Below are positions 21,749 to 37,367 of a stretch of 64,000 bases of DNA, piece after piece. Within the stretch, counting starts at the first letter, position 1, and every line of letters starts with the position of its first letter. The notes under the pieces were generated by a model. The model was not told where the DNA came from and did no database searches. It worked only from the letters and a program-made list of their open reading frames with translations. The translations under genes were made by a program, and so were the position numbers. The stretch lies in NCBI RefSeq assembly GCF_009914755.1, contig NC_060935.1; one strand, written 5' to 3'. The stretch is from the human T2T-CHM13v2.0 reference genome, Homo sapiens.

Positions 21749-22333
21749 TGTAACTGAGTACCCTCATTTTTCTAAGAGGTAGTTCATTACTTTTTCTCTC
21801 TCTTCTTTTCTCCTTTCCCCCACTTTCTACTTAGTTCTTTAGAAATGCAACTATAGTCTTTTACTTCCTCTTCATCAGAGACTCCCTAAAAGGGGAGTTC
21901 ATCTAACCATGTGCTTGGAAGCTCCAGAGTTGAACTATCACCCACCAGGGGGTTGCCTCTAGAGATAACAGTCAATTCACAATCCAAAGTCCTGCTATGA
22001 AACTCTCGCCAACCTAGAGAGTATTCGGCCACCTTTATAGCCTATTTCTACCCATGAAGATGCCAATTCAACTGCCTGGTAGATAAGACACCAAACTAGA
22101 ATGCAAACCCCCCACTTGCTCGCTTCCTCCCCTGCATGCCACTCCTGATAGGTCCCCTTTAAAAGAGTCCACTTTCTGCTGCAAAGGGGGAAGCAGTACC
22201 CTTAAGGTAGGAAGCCTGTATTTCTTCCCCTAAGTTCGCTTTGGAATAAAAAGTCACTTTCTTTATACCACACCTTGCTCTTGTTAATTGGACTTTGCAA
22301 GCAGCAAGTGACTGAACCTGCATTTTAGTTACA
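21749..22333 (+). mobile_element. ERV1-class solo LTR (LTR26-like)
   Basis: Inverted termini TGTAACT...AGTTACA, 4-bp TSD AGCA/AGTA, TATA-like TTTAAAA near 22158, AATAAA near 22245. Confidence 0.75.
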
Positions 22334-22721
22334 AGTACGTATCAAATGACTGGTCCAAGAAACCCTCAAATTTAGCTTAAAGTGGTCTATGACTTGTGGT
22401 GCCCTACAAACCTAGAGAAACAAACGTGAATCTTCTCTGAAGGAAGATGGCTTCATCCAAGGTCTCAAATTATTCCTGTTGATAATTTTCTAGGGACAGT
22501 AAGTAACAAAGCATGGAAGGAAATAAGTCACCATAAATAAGAACCCACAGAAACAGACAACAGAAAGAGGCCAAAGACATTCAGACACTAGGTTATTAGA
22601 TACAAAATAAAAGAAGTCCTTACTGTGTACACACGAAAAATTAAAACAGGCCTAAAAATATCTTCAGAAAACTTCTAAAAACTATTAAAAGTGACAGAGC
22701 ATATTTTAAAGGAAGCAAATA

Positions 22722-23030
22722 GGCTGGGCAAGGTGGCTCATGCCTGTAATCCCAGCACTTTGGGAGGCCGAGGCAGGAGGATCACATGAAGCCAGGAGTT
22801 TAAGACCAGACTAGCCAACACAGTAAAACCGTGTCTCTACTAAAAATACAAAAATTAGCCAGGTGTGGTAGTGCACATCTGTAATCCCAGCGACTCGGGA
22901 GGCTAAGACAGGAAAATTGTTTGAACCCCGGGAGGCAGAGGTTGCAGTGAGCCAAGATGATGCCACTGCATTCCAGCCTAGGCGACAGAGAGAGACTCTG
23001 TCTCAAAAAAAAAAAAAAAAAAAAAAAAAA
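22722..23030 (+). mobile_element. Alu with long A tail, within an old L1M fragment (~22380-23420)
   Basis: Alu consensus; flanks resemble decayed L1 ORF1. Confidence 0.9.
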
Positions 23031-24948
23031 GTGATCAGAAATAATTATTCAGAATGTAGCACAGAAAGAGAAAACAGAAAATACAAGAGTCATGTGAGGA
23101 GAGAGTAAAGAGGTCTTATCATTATTTAACTGAAGACTCAGAAGGAGAATAAGAATAGCATAGAGGTAACATCTGAAGGGATAATAGCTAAGGATTTTCT
23201 AGAAGTGACGGAAGATAGCAGTTCAGAGATTCATGAAGCCCAATAATTGCTAAGCAGGCTAAACAAGAGTACCATCTTTAGATTCATCACAGTGAAACTG
23301 CAGAACACCAAAAACAGCAAGCTGAGAGAAAAACAGGTTATTTTTTAAAAAACAAAAACCAACAAGCTTAACTGATATCTGATTTCTTAATTACAGTGGA
23401 AACTCAAAGACGACTCATTTTAAGTGATGAATTCTACCCACTGGAGTCAAGGAAAGCTTAACATAAAACAAGCCAGGACACTGGATTCCACAGGACACAA
23501 AAACACAAAAACAAAAAAGAAAAAAAAAACAAGACAGGACAAAAAAAGACGATTTGGGCTAAGGTAAAGGTGGGTAATCTACATCTATGACTCTGTCGAT
23601 TGCATGCTAACCAATTTTGGTGGTTTAACATGGAAGTGTTCATTATTTTATTCACTCTTTTTCTATGTTCCTGTTTTCTCATTTTTAAAAGAACACTTGA
23701 TAAATGCCTACTGTGCCAGGCTTTTTGATCATTTAATCTTCAGAATAACCCAATACAATAGAGATTATTATTTCCAATCATATCTAAACAAACTAGGAGA
23801 GTGACTGATTTGTCTCAAGTCACAAAGCTGTCATTTGTTGAATGCAAGGTTGAACTCAGCATGAATCCTTTACAATTTTCCAGGCTGCCTTTTCTCTCTT
23901 TCTTCCTCTCTGCTTTTATATTAAACCTACCAAGAATGGAACAGCATCTTTCCAGATACCACTCCCTAAATGGCAATAAAGACAACATGTTTGTGAAGCA
24001 AAAAGCTAAGGATCTTAGCTAGCTCTTCTGAAGTACTAAATAATACTTGAGTAAAAATATAGCAATGGAATTTTTTGTAAGGTTTAAGAGTCATTTAATC
24101 AACCTGATTTTGTATCTTTTCTTCAATGTCAGCTGTCATTTGATAAATGTTGAAAATTCCTTTAATGGAGTGATACTTACTTCCAAGGCAAATTAGTCCA
24201 TCTTTATATTAATTACATAGGTTATTCTGCATAATGCAAAAATTATTCTATGGAGAACTAGTAGCTAGGTCTCTAATCTTACCTTGCTCTGGAAACTAGT
24301 ACAGTGGTCAACTACTGGTTGTAGAGTGCAGAGAATGTGAGATCATTCCCAGATCTGGTACTGACAAGTTATGAGATCTAGGGTAAGCTACCTATCTTTT
24401 TAAAGCCTGTTTCCTTTTCTGTAAAACAGAAATAATATAGTAAGTACCTACCCCACAGACCTGTTAAGAGGCATGCAGTTTCATAAATATTAGCTATTAT
24501 TGCTACTATTAGTGGTTTTATCAACTCAGGGCAAAACTGCTTGGCTTAGTTCCCTCACATATAAAACAGGGGAACAAAGTTGTTCTTAAATCTTCCAGGT
24601 CCATTCTATCAGATGAGAAACTTAAATCAGTATGTTTCTAGCTATTCCCATCCATCCCCATTGGGCCAGGAGTTCTTAAGCTGGAAAACACGAATGCGCC
24701 TCATGGGAGTGGCTGAACCCTTTGAAATTGGGTGCAATTGCATGTGAGTACTTATTTAAGGAGAGAAGACATAGCTTTCATCAGATTTTTAGAGAATCCA
24801 TAAGCCAAAATAGATTAAAAAGCATTGCCTTTGGGACTAAACAGATCAAATCTATTCATTCCACATTTTACACGATAGAACATAATCTACATAAAGATCT
24901 GAATGTTTCCCAGGTTAGATATCCTAAATCCTAAGTTCCTTCAATCAA

Positions 24949-25236
24949 TTGTTTTTTTTTTTTTTTTTGGAGACGCTCCGTCACCCAGTTCAGTGGCATG
25001 ATCTCGGCTCACTGCAACCTCCACCTTCTCGGTTCAAGTATTCTCCTGCCTCAGCCTCCCAAGTAGCTGGGACTACAGGTGCACGCCGCCCTGCCTGGAT
25101 AATTTTTTGTATTTTCAGTAGGGGACAGGGTTTCACCTTGTTGCCCAGACTGGTTTCGATCTCCTGAGCTCAGGCAATCCACCCGCCTCAGCCTCCCAAA
25201 GTGGTAGGATTATAGGCATGAGCCACTGCGCCTGGC
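24949..25236 (-). mobile_element. Alu
   Basis: Alu consensus, reverse orientation. Confidence 0.9.
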
Positions 25237-25404
25237 CAACCATTTTTTATATTATTTGGTATCTCTTCTGAATGATCATATATAGTTGACAGTCTCCTTG
25301 AAATATAATTCCAAAGAGGAGTACAGTATCCTTGGCATGTTATGGCCAATTTAGTACACAGAGAGAACTTCCTTGCTGTGCAAGCTTGTCCAACCCACCT
25401 CATT

Positions 25405-25582
25405 TTGTTATTGTTTTTGTTCTGTTTTCTTTTGTTTTAGGCTTTTAGCAGCTGAAGCCATGGTTTTTAGTTTCTGTCGCTAGTGATATGAGGAAAAGAA
25501 GGATGAGAAAAGGGCTTTACTGGCCCAACCAGAAACAGAAACTAAGAATCCATGACTGTATTCTCTCCCTTGGACACCTCTG
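25405..25582 (-). mobile_element. hAT-Charlie-type DNA transposon fragment
   Basis: Terminus CAGAGGTGTCCAAGGGAGAGAATACAGTCATGG on the minus strand. Confidence 0.55.
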
Positions 25583-26313
25583 CAAGACTCATTAAATGCT
25601 GTTTAAAATATCAATAGATTTGGACAGTTGGGTATGCCTGCATAACTCTTACTGACCTAAGTCTTTTTCACCTGGGTTGCTGTTAAACTCACATACCTCT
25701 CACAACTCTACTTGTGCAGCTGTCCTTTTGGACATAAATGTGGTTTATATTACCCTTGATAAACTTCATCTTCTGAGAATTAGTTCAGCTCCCCAGTGTG
25801 TCAACAATTAATCCTAGCTATAAGATTATAAATATTACAATTATAATATTTAAAAAATATTTATAATTATAAAAGTGAAACAATAACCTCAAATAACTGA
25901 TAATATAAATAATATACATATGAATATATTCTAAATGCTAGGTAGAAAAAAGTATCACCACCTATCTTAATGCATACTTTTTGTAAATATGACTAACATT
26001 TTAGGCTGATCTCATCATCTATAATATTAAAAATAGTTAAACAGATCCCCTTGAGGCCAATTTTTAGACCATAGGATATACACAAATTAATTCCAAGGGC
26101 CTAGCCATAATTTCTCTTAAATATAGGTCACATGACTTCTCTATATGGAAAGCAGAGACTGACAGGGCAGTATGGGGGAAGCAAGGAAACAGTAGAGACA
26201 GTTCCTCTCTCTTTCGACCACTGTCCATATAGTGACCAACTACTTCACTTTCCTGTTTCCAGGGTCTCTCTGCCAAACAGAAACAGCATTTGTCTGAAAG
26301 TAAGAAATTATAA

Positions 26314-26625
<312 letters not shown>

Positions 26626-26786
26626 TATAAAACATGATTTTAAAAGCTTACCCTCTTCAGTAACTCTAATGCATAGCAAAGATCTTTTAAAAAATAATTT
26701 ATCCTGTGATCCTAATTGCCCTTATAACTTCCCAATGATTGCAACACAAATAAGGGCTACCAATGGTGATTACCTTGGTCTTTCTA

Positions 26787-26930
<144 letters not shown>

Positions 26931-27143
26931 TCAATGTACAAGCCTATCAGCAGCTAAGGTTTATTTCATACAACACCAAAAAATGAAAGCTAAATAAACT
27001 TATGTCAAATAGTTTGTCTGTAAAAAGCCAGACATATATATAAGAACAAACATCTAGAGTCTGACCAATTTTCAGAGACTATTCTTTTAGGCCACACTTC
27101 AGTTTATCCAATTTAATTTATCCAATTAAAATGTAAGGAAATA

Positions 27144-27457
<314 letters not shown>

Positions 27458-28228
27458 ATTTTTAAGGAAAAATTTTGTAAATGTAAGAATAGTGAAAATA
27501 ATCATCATTAAAAGATGAGGATTTCTCTCCCTGGAGATTTTAAACCAAATTAATATTCATTTCACCAGCTTAAAATTCCTATGGATGCATATTTAATAAA
27601 AACAATTTTAAAAAATCTTTAGAGATGAACTGACATAATGTGTGAGAAAGTCACTGAATGACCAATTTCTATTGGCGTGAACTATTCAATGACAATAGTC
27701 TCACAGTAAATACAATGTTGACTATGTTAATGACTAGTTTTAGGAATCAAATTGGGGGGCAGTTTTCTTTCTTAAACTGACTTTATAAAGACTACTTGAT
27801 AAGCATATGTGTATTTGTATCTTATGACAGTAACAAAAATAATAATTGTATGATCTGGAGTTTTCCTCCTGTTGCCAAAGGCTTTTAGCTATTTTCTTTA
27901 ACAACTCATATTTGCCTATTACTTTGCACATGTGAAAATACATATGACATTAAATGTATCCAAAAGCTACTACGTGACAAACACAGTGAAGCTTTTATAA
28001 GGTATGTGCTAAGAACAATTAAAACCCTAAGTGCATGTGGCCATTCAAAATTTATTTAAGTAAAAGGCACATGTCAGAACTGCCTTAAAGACTGTCTTTA
28101 TATATTATAAAAATAGATTTTTAAAGAACCGTGTTTTAGAAATAAAACTTATAATTCAACTCTGACAAGATCTAATTCTGTATTTTCCACTCAACTGCCA
28201 AGTGTGAATGTGCACAGGACTGAACTCA

Positions 28229-28456
<228 letters not shown>

Positions 28457-28545
28457 CTAAGAGGGAGAAGAAGGAGAAAGTACACACAATGAGATAACGT
28501 ACCATCCTAAAAATCATTAATTTAGGCATTGACATGAACTAATCA

Positions 28546-28938
<393 letters not shown>

Positions 28939-29314
28939 TCAGACCAATCTACCATACTACCTATAAAATGAGACCCTTTGAAAAGGTTTACCAAGAAAAA
29001 TAAAATTTTACAGAATCAAAATTTTCAGAACTAGAAGGAATACTGGCAATCATCCCTAATTCAATGCCACATTTGACAGTAACAGACTGTCATCATTTGA
29101 GCTACTTTTTAGAATCGGCTCCTAGGAAATAATAAGAAAAAAACTTACAAAAAATAGCCGTTATCTCTGGGCACTAATATTTTAGGGTGCTTTTGTTTTT
29201 TGTTCTTGAATATTACATATTTTCTATATTACACTTTTTCTAAAAAATTAGTTTTATAATCAGAAAAAAACATGAGTAACAATCTCTCACAAATATATGG
29301 TAAAGAGAATTAAG

Positions 29315-29639
29315 GGCTGGGCGCAGTGGCTCACACCTGTAATCCCAGCACTTTGGGAGGCCTAGGTGGATGGACTGCTTGAGATCAGGAGTTAGGGACC
29401 AGCCTGGGCAACATGGCGAGACCCTGCCTCCACCAAAAATACAAAAAAAAAACACAAAAGAACAAAATTAGCCAGGTGTGATGGCATGCACCTGTAGTCC
29501 CAGCTACTTGAGAGGCTGAGGTAGGAGGATCGCTCAAGCCTGGGGGAAGCAGTGGGGAGGGGAGTTGTTGCAGTGAGCTGAGATTGCACCACTGCACTTC
29601 AGCCTAGGTGACACAGTGAGACCTTGCCTAAAAAAAAAA
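29315..29639 (+). mobile_element. AluJ with short G-rich insertion
   Basis: Alu consensus. Confidence 0.9.
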
Positions 29640-29765
29640 TGAAAAGAAACGGAAGAATTAAGGAGAATATATCAACTGAAAGCCTAAGCCTAAGAAGGAA
29701 TAAACACCTTAGGACCAAGAACATGCCACGCATTTTTAATTTGATAAGAATCCATTTAGAAAAGA

Positions 29766-29841
29766 CATCGTGCCACTGCACTCCAGCCTGGCAACAGAGC
29801 GAGACCCTGTCACCAAAAAATAAAATAAAATATAAATAAAA
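29766..29841 (+). mobile_element. 5'-truncated Alu 3' end
   Basis: ATCGTGCCACTGCACTCCAGCCTGGCAACAGAGCGAGACCCTGTC plus A-rich tail. Confidence 0.85.
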
Positions 29842-30391
29842 GCAATTTTGCCTTGATCTTCCCTTAAACCAATCAAAAGGTAGTAAGAGAACAAAAACAA
29901 AATACATTTTCCATAAAATTAAAAAATAGTTCCAAACCCCCAAACACACAAACTATAAAGAGGAGTTAATGAATATGATAAATATTTGACCTAGCTAAGG
30001 GAGAAAGGTGAGAAGAGTTTCAGGTATTATACAGCTCTCCAAAACTGATGTATAAATCCCAAGAAGACATGATAACAGTCTCTCTTGCTTGGAATGGCAG
30101 TTCTGGGTCTAAGAATAGCTGACCAGAACATTTCTAAGCTCTGTGATACCATAAAGTAAGGAGACCCAGGGCTAAATGAGGAGATGTGAACAAGGCAGGC
30201 AGCATAAAGTGGGACTGAAGTGGCAACTTCATGATGAGATGATCTCAGCTGAGGTGAAATCACAGCTAACTCACTGCATGCAGGGTTCAATACAGCATTA
30301 CAATGCAAAAAGAAAACACTTCAGGAAATACAACAAAAAATATAAGAAACAACAGTGATTTCAATTCATCTTTCCTGTCCCACATGAAATA

Positions 30392-31362
30392 CAGTTAATC
30401 CTCATTATTCATTAATCCTATATTTGCAAATTCACCGACTTGCCAAAATTTCTCTGTAACCCTAAAAATCAACACTCACGATACTTTTGGCATCATTTAT
30501 GGAGACGCAGAGTGGTAAATATTTTGAATTGCCTGACACACACATTCCCAGCTGAGGCTGAACAATGAGCCACTCTGCCTTCTTGTTTCCACTTGTGTAC
30601 TTTAAAGTGTCCTTTCTGTGATAGTCATGCATTGCTTAATGATGGATGCCTCATGAGAAATGTGTCATCAGGTGATTTCATTATTGTGCAAACATCATAG
30701 TGTGTACTTACACAAAGCTAAATGGTACAGTCTACTACAAACCTAGACTATAGGAGATAGCCTATTGCTCCTTGGCTACAAACCTGTACAACATGTTACT
30801 GTACTGAATACTGCAGGCAATTATAACACCATAGCTATGTATTTGTGTATCTAAGCATATCTTAATAGAAAAGATATAGTAAAAATATGGTATTATAATC
30901 TCATGGGACCACCACTGGATATGCAGTCTGACATCGATCAAAATGTTGTATGTGGCACATGACTACATATTTATTGCATTTTCTGCATTTTTGTACTTTT
31001 GCTTTGGTAATGTGGTGTTTTCAAATGACCCCCTCAACATGTTTAGTGTTCATTCCTACATGCAAAAAGGCTGCAATATGACTTTTGGAGAAAAAATGTA
31101 TATTAGATAAACTTAATTCAAGTATAAGTTAAAGTGCTACTGGCTATGAGTTCAATGCTAATGAATCAAATGTTAAATACAGTATCTTTAAACAGAAACA
31201 CATTAAAAAGATTACGTATTGATCAGCTGACAAAAACGTTATCAGTGGCTCATAGAAAGCTAATTTTGTATTTCCCCTAGGAGCAATGATTCACCATTTG
31301 CTAATTCTGTGCTGGAAGTGATTTTATACGACATAACTACCACAAATAAAAGGAACCAGCTG
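30392..31362. mobile_element. TcMar-Tigger element (MER82-like) interrupted by Tigger3a
   Basis: TA|CAGTTAATCCTCATTATT...AATAAAAGGAACCAGCTG|TA termini with TA TSD. Confidence 0.7.
30622..30965. mobile_element. Tigger3a/MER7A-like MITE nested in the MER82-like element
   Basis: AGTCATGCATTGCTTAATGA...ATAGCCTATTGCTCCTTGGCTACAAACCTGTAC...GCACATGACT. Confidence 0.75.
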
Positions 31363-31995
31363 TATGCTTTTAGAAAGCAGACTTAAGAGAAAAAAGATGA
31401 TCTAAATCACATAATTAATAAGATAGATCTAATTGATAAATGTTGAATTCTATACACTGAAAATTAATAATATACTTCAAGACCCCATGAAACTTTTTAG
31501 CTGATACATAACAGGGTGCAAACAAAAATCTCAATACATTTTTGATAGGAGAAATAAATTTATCACACTGTCTAATCATCATGCAATAAAATAAAAAATT
31601 AATAATAAAGCAAAAACCTGCCTCCTGAAAACAAACCAGAGTCAAAACTATAAAACAAAACGAAAGTTGCAGAACATCTAGAAAATCATAACAAGAATAC
31701 TGAACATCACAACATATGAGAGAGCTAAAGCAATGCTTATAAGAAAGCCTATAGCCTGCTAAGAATAAATGTAAATAAGTTAATTCTGTATCCAAAAAGC
31801 TAGGAGAAACAAAATAAAGCCTATCCAAGTATTAGAATGAAGATGAAACCATATATTAATAGATTTTAAACAAAAACACATTAGAATGAATAAATATAAG
31901 CACTGGTCCTTTGGGACAAAACAATAACATTAATAAAAATCACAAAGCTTTAAAGAAAGGAAGAAAACACAAATATACATCATTAGAAATAAGAG

Positions 31996-32224
31996 GGACG
32001 GGCGTAGAGGCTCACATCTCTAATACTAGCACTACAGGTGTAGAAGCTCACATCTCTAATCCCCATACTTTGGGAGGCCAAGTCAGGAAGATCACTTGAG
32101 CCCTGGAGTTAGAGACCAGCCTGGGCAACATAACGAGACTCCGTCTATATAAAAAAAAAAATTAAAAATTAGCTGGGAGTGGTAGCACACTACAGAGCAA
32201 GACCCTGTCTCGAAAAAAAGAAAG
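31996..32224 (+). mobile_element. Rearranged AluJ (duplicated 5' end, right arm largely deleted)
   Basis: GCTCACATCTCTAAT occurs twice; right arm jumps to CAGAGCAAGACCCTGTCTC. Confidence 0.8.
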
Positions 32225-32924
32225 AAGGAAGAATGGGAGGGAAGACCCAAGACTTATGAGAGAATGCTCAATTCTAAATAATCTGGAAAATGAATAACTT
32301 AATCTGATCCAAGGTGGGAAAAAAACAGGTTCAACAAACCAATTATCAAAGAAAATTTTGAGAAAATTATTAAAAGAAAAATACTCCCAAAAAAGGACCA
32401 CAATCAGAAAGTTTCGTAGGTAAATTCTACCAAACTTTCAAAAAACAGATAAGCCCACTGCTATTTCAATAGTGCCAGAGCATACAGAAAGACAGCTTCC
32501 AAACTGTTTTCACAATGCCAGTATGACACAGTACTGACAAAGAACTGCGTGCACAAAAAGAAAATTACAGAATCTTATTTATAATTATGAAAGCAAATAG
32601 AGACTCCAGAAGCTTATGGAAAGACCAATATATCCATTACCAGGGGGTAATGGATATATTACCAGGATGGGTCAATAAGCTATGTACATAATAATATAAC
32701 TCACTATATTAATGGAACAAAGAAAGAAAAAACCCAAATGTATATCTTCATAAAATCAGAACCATGTAATCACCAATCATTCCTGATTTAAACAAATAAG
32801 CTGATGAATAAGTGGATACTTTATGTGTCAAAAAACCCTAAATATGCTATATTACTATGTGTATATATCCAGAGAGAGAAAGAGAGGGCACACACACACA
32901 AATGTGTTCAAGTGAGTGCTCTTA

Positions 32925-33347
<423 letters not shown>

Positions 33348-33844
33348 TCATTAGTAAAAAAAAGTAGTATGAACTGAAAACAACAGTAGGAAATAATTTC
33401 TTACCCCTTAGACTTGTAAAGATCAAAAGATACAGTAATACATCACGATGGTAAAGATGTGAGGAAACAAGCACTCCCAAATACTAATGGTGAGAATATA
33501 AACTAGTTAAGACATCTTTGGACTAATGTGGCAGTATGTAGCAAAATTTAAAATAAATATGCCCTATTATGATTACTTCTTGGAATCAATTACTAACCAT
33601 CATTTCTAAACTTTGTATTTTCCCTTTGTCTAAATACTGTATCTTCATTTTTATCATCTCAAATTGTATATTCAAATTGTATTTTAACTCTACCTTTCCT
33701 ATGAAAAACAGAGTTTACTGTTATCTTTGGAATGTATTACTTCTAAGAGCTTAACTCATGAGTGCAGGTCTAGAGCCAATGGCAAAAATGTTTCCATATA
33801 CATTTTGTGAGATTTGAAAACATACTATCCTACTGTTAAACACT

Positions 33845-34820
33845 TTTTTTTTGTGGTGAAATATACATAACATAAACTTACTCTTTTTACCACTTTTAGG
33901 TATAGTAGAGTGACATTATGTACATTCACATGGTTATGCAATCATCCCCCCATCCATCTATAGAACTTTCTCATCATCCCAAACTGAAACTCCATACCTA
34001 TTCAACAGTAACTTCACATTCCTCCCTCTCCCCAGTAACCACTATTCTACCTTCTGTTTCTATGAATCTGATTACTCTAGGTACCTCATATAAGTAGAGT
34101 GATATAATATTTGTCCTTTTGCAACTGTTTTTTTTTCACTCATAATGTTTTCAGAGTTTCATCCATATTGTAGCATGTATCAGAATGTCATTCCTTTTCA
34201 AGACTGAATAATATTCCATTACATGCACATACCACATTTTGTTTATCCATCTATCTGTTGATGACCAACTGGGTTGTTTCCACTTTTCGGCTATTGTGAA
34301 TCATGCTGCTACGAACACTGATGTACAAATAAGTTCCTGCTTTCAATTCTTTTGGTTATGTACCTAGAAGTGAAATTGCTATATTACATGATAATTCTAT
34401 GTTTAACTACTTTAGGAACTGCTATCGTTTTCCTCAGTAGCTGACCCATTTTTCATCCCCACCACCAATGTATATGGTTCTAATTTCTCCACATTCTTGC
34501 CGAAACTTGTTATTTTATGGTGTTTTAATAACAGCCATCCTAATGGGTGTGAAGTGGTATCTCACTGTGGTTTTGATTTGCATTTCTCTAATGTCTGGTG
34601 ATCTTGAGTGTCTTTTCATGTGCTATAATTTGTAAAGCTTCTTTGGAGAAATGTCTATTCAAGTCCTTTGCCCATTGTAAAAATTGGGTTTTTTTGTTAT
34701 TGTTACTGTTGAGCTTTAGAAGTTTTAAAAATATATTCTGCTTATTAATCCCTTATCAGATGTATGATTTGCAAATATTTTCTCCCATTCTGTGGGTCAC
34801 TTCTTCACTATTGATAGTGC
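33845..34820 (-). mobile_element. L1M (L1MB-like) 3' fragment
   Basis: GCCATCCTAATGGGTGTGAAGTGGTATCTCACTGTGGTTTTGATTTGCATT; CTTTGGAGAAATGTCTATTCAAGTCCTTTGCCCA. Confidence 0.8.
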
Positions 34821-35078
34821 CTGGTATTATATTTTGAAAGAGGGTATCAACCCACCTCAAATTGAGGTAGAACATAAGAAATCAGAGGCCAGGTAAACTA
34901 ACGACTGTGGGTAAGACTAAGAATAGTTTTTATATTTTTAAAGGGCCATTAATAAAAAAACAAACAAACAAAAAAACACAAGAATATGTGATAGAGACCA
35001 CACATGTCCCGCAAAGCCTAATGGTTACTGTTTGCTCTTTTATTCAAATATGAATTTATCATTAAAGAAAAGATTTGA

Positions 35079-35400
<322 letters not shown>

Positions 35401-36913
35401 TGAAAGACTTTAAAGCATACTGTTTTTTCTCCAAATAGAAGAGCTAATAGTCTTGTTTGTCAGTATAAGTAATTTAAGCATGGCGCTGGGATTCATATTC
35501 TAAGCCAAATGATTCTGCAAAGCTGTGAATTACAGCTTGGCAGAGTTTCAGACTCCATTACCTAAGTTCTAAATAGTATGCTGAAAATGAAAAAATATAT
35601 AATATCTTATGATATGCTGAAAAATTACCTAGGAAGCCCCAATTACATTTTAGTCTTAAAATATAGCTGAATATCTGAACTTGTAAGTTATTTCTTCTGT
35701 AAAACTCCCATATGAAATTTGTCACAGCCTCTCCCACCTTCCTTGTATAAGACGTTCACTCTTAACTCTTTTAAAAGCTTAATGAAAAATTGAGGTTTGT
35801 CGCTTCAAACATGAAGAACTCACTCAAACGTAAAGAAATATTTCTGTACCCTGTTAAATTGAAAGGGTTAATCAATTTTAAGCTAGATATTTAAGAATCA
35901 GGAATCATTTCTTCCTAGCATTATTCTTGCAATTTGGCAAACTATTTCTATTTTAAATGCACCTTATAAGATAAATAGAAATATAATAAACGTGTTAAGC
36001 CATTTCTAATCTATAGCTTCTTTTCCTTAGCTTCCAAAAAACAACCTGTAAAAGATACAGTGGTTGCAACTATGTGTATTTCAACAGTGATTCTGATGTG
36101 TTGCATGACACTTTTAGAAGTTTTTCATTTTTAGAAAACCATCCATTTGCAATGCACCGAATTAATATTATAATAATCTAAAATTTTGATAGGACACAGG
36201 ATGATAGAAAAGTCTACACTTGGAGTCAGAAATATGTTCAAATTCTAGCCCCACTCCATGACCTTGAGTCTGGTCTGTCTCCTCATTTATAAAATGGGCA
36301 CCTAGGAAAAATAATTCAATAAATATCTTCCTTACACAAATGTCTCTTATCTACTAAATTGAGAAAATCTTGTGGCTACAGACCTCAGCTTTTTTATATG
36401 TACAGTCCTAATATAAAGCAGAATATCTAACCCATAACAGGGACAATATAAAATGTTTGCTGAATGAAAGCAATCAAGACAAAACTAACAGTACATAGTT
36501 TATAACTTTTAAATACTAGATAGCAATCATAAAACACTAAGGGCAATCAGAAAATAAGAAAATACATTTCAATCATAAATTCAACAAGTACCAGGTAGAG
36601 GCCCCAAATTTAAGTAAATGGTTGCTAACTTGTAGATTCAAACCTGCAATGAGACTGAGAAGACAGTGATGATGGTGCTTAAGCTAATTTTAATATTTTA
36701 GAATAGATAATAGAAATTGTCTATTTGCCCATGCTTGCTTACTTATGGTTAACATTGCTAACCAAAACACTTTAAGTTTCTTTTTTGCCCAAAATAATAT
36801 CAGCTCAGTAAGATAAGATTTTATCTATAAGATGCTCTGCTAACAAAGAGATATTATTTTGAGTAATAGGGGCTTTTGTTGTATATATCCCCACACACAT
36901 ACAATTAAATGGG

Positions 36914-37090
36914 TTTTATTTATTTTTATTTATTTATTTTAGAGACAGGGTCTCACTCTGTTGCCCAGGCTAGAGTGTGGTGGTGCAGCCATAGTTCACT
37001 GCAGCCTTGAACTCCTGGGCTCACGCAATCCCCTCCAACCTTAGCCTCTCAAGTAGCCAAGACTACAGGTGTGAGTCACTGCACTTGCTA
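36914..37090 (-). mobile_element. Alu monomer (FRAM/FAM-like)
   Basis: Single Alu arm with (TTTA)n tail. Confidence 0.8.
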
Positions 37091-37250
37091 AACAGGTTTT
37101 AGACAAGAACAAAATGGAAAAAAAGAGCAATGAGCAGAATATTTGTAGGCTGAACTGAAATCAACCAAAAGCAGCCATCCTAAGCCAACCCCAGCTCACT
37201 CCTATCCCCTAGACCTATGGACTGACTATTCTAACTAAACCTACTGGTTA

Positions 37251-37367
<117 letters not shown>

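Noticed and set aside
25815-25935. AT-rich quasi-palindrome
   Set aside because: Imperfect and low-complexity; expected in AT-rich DNA
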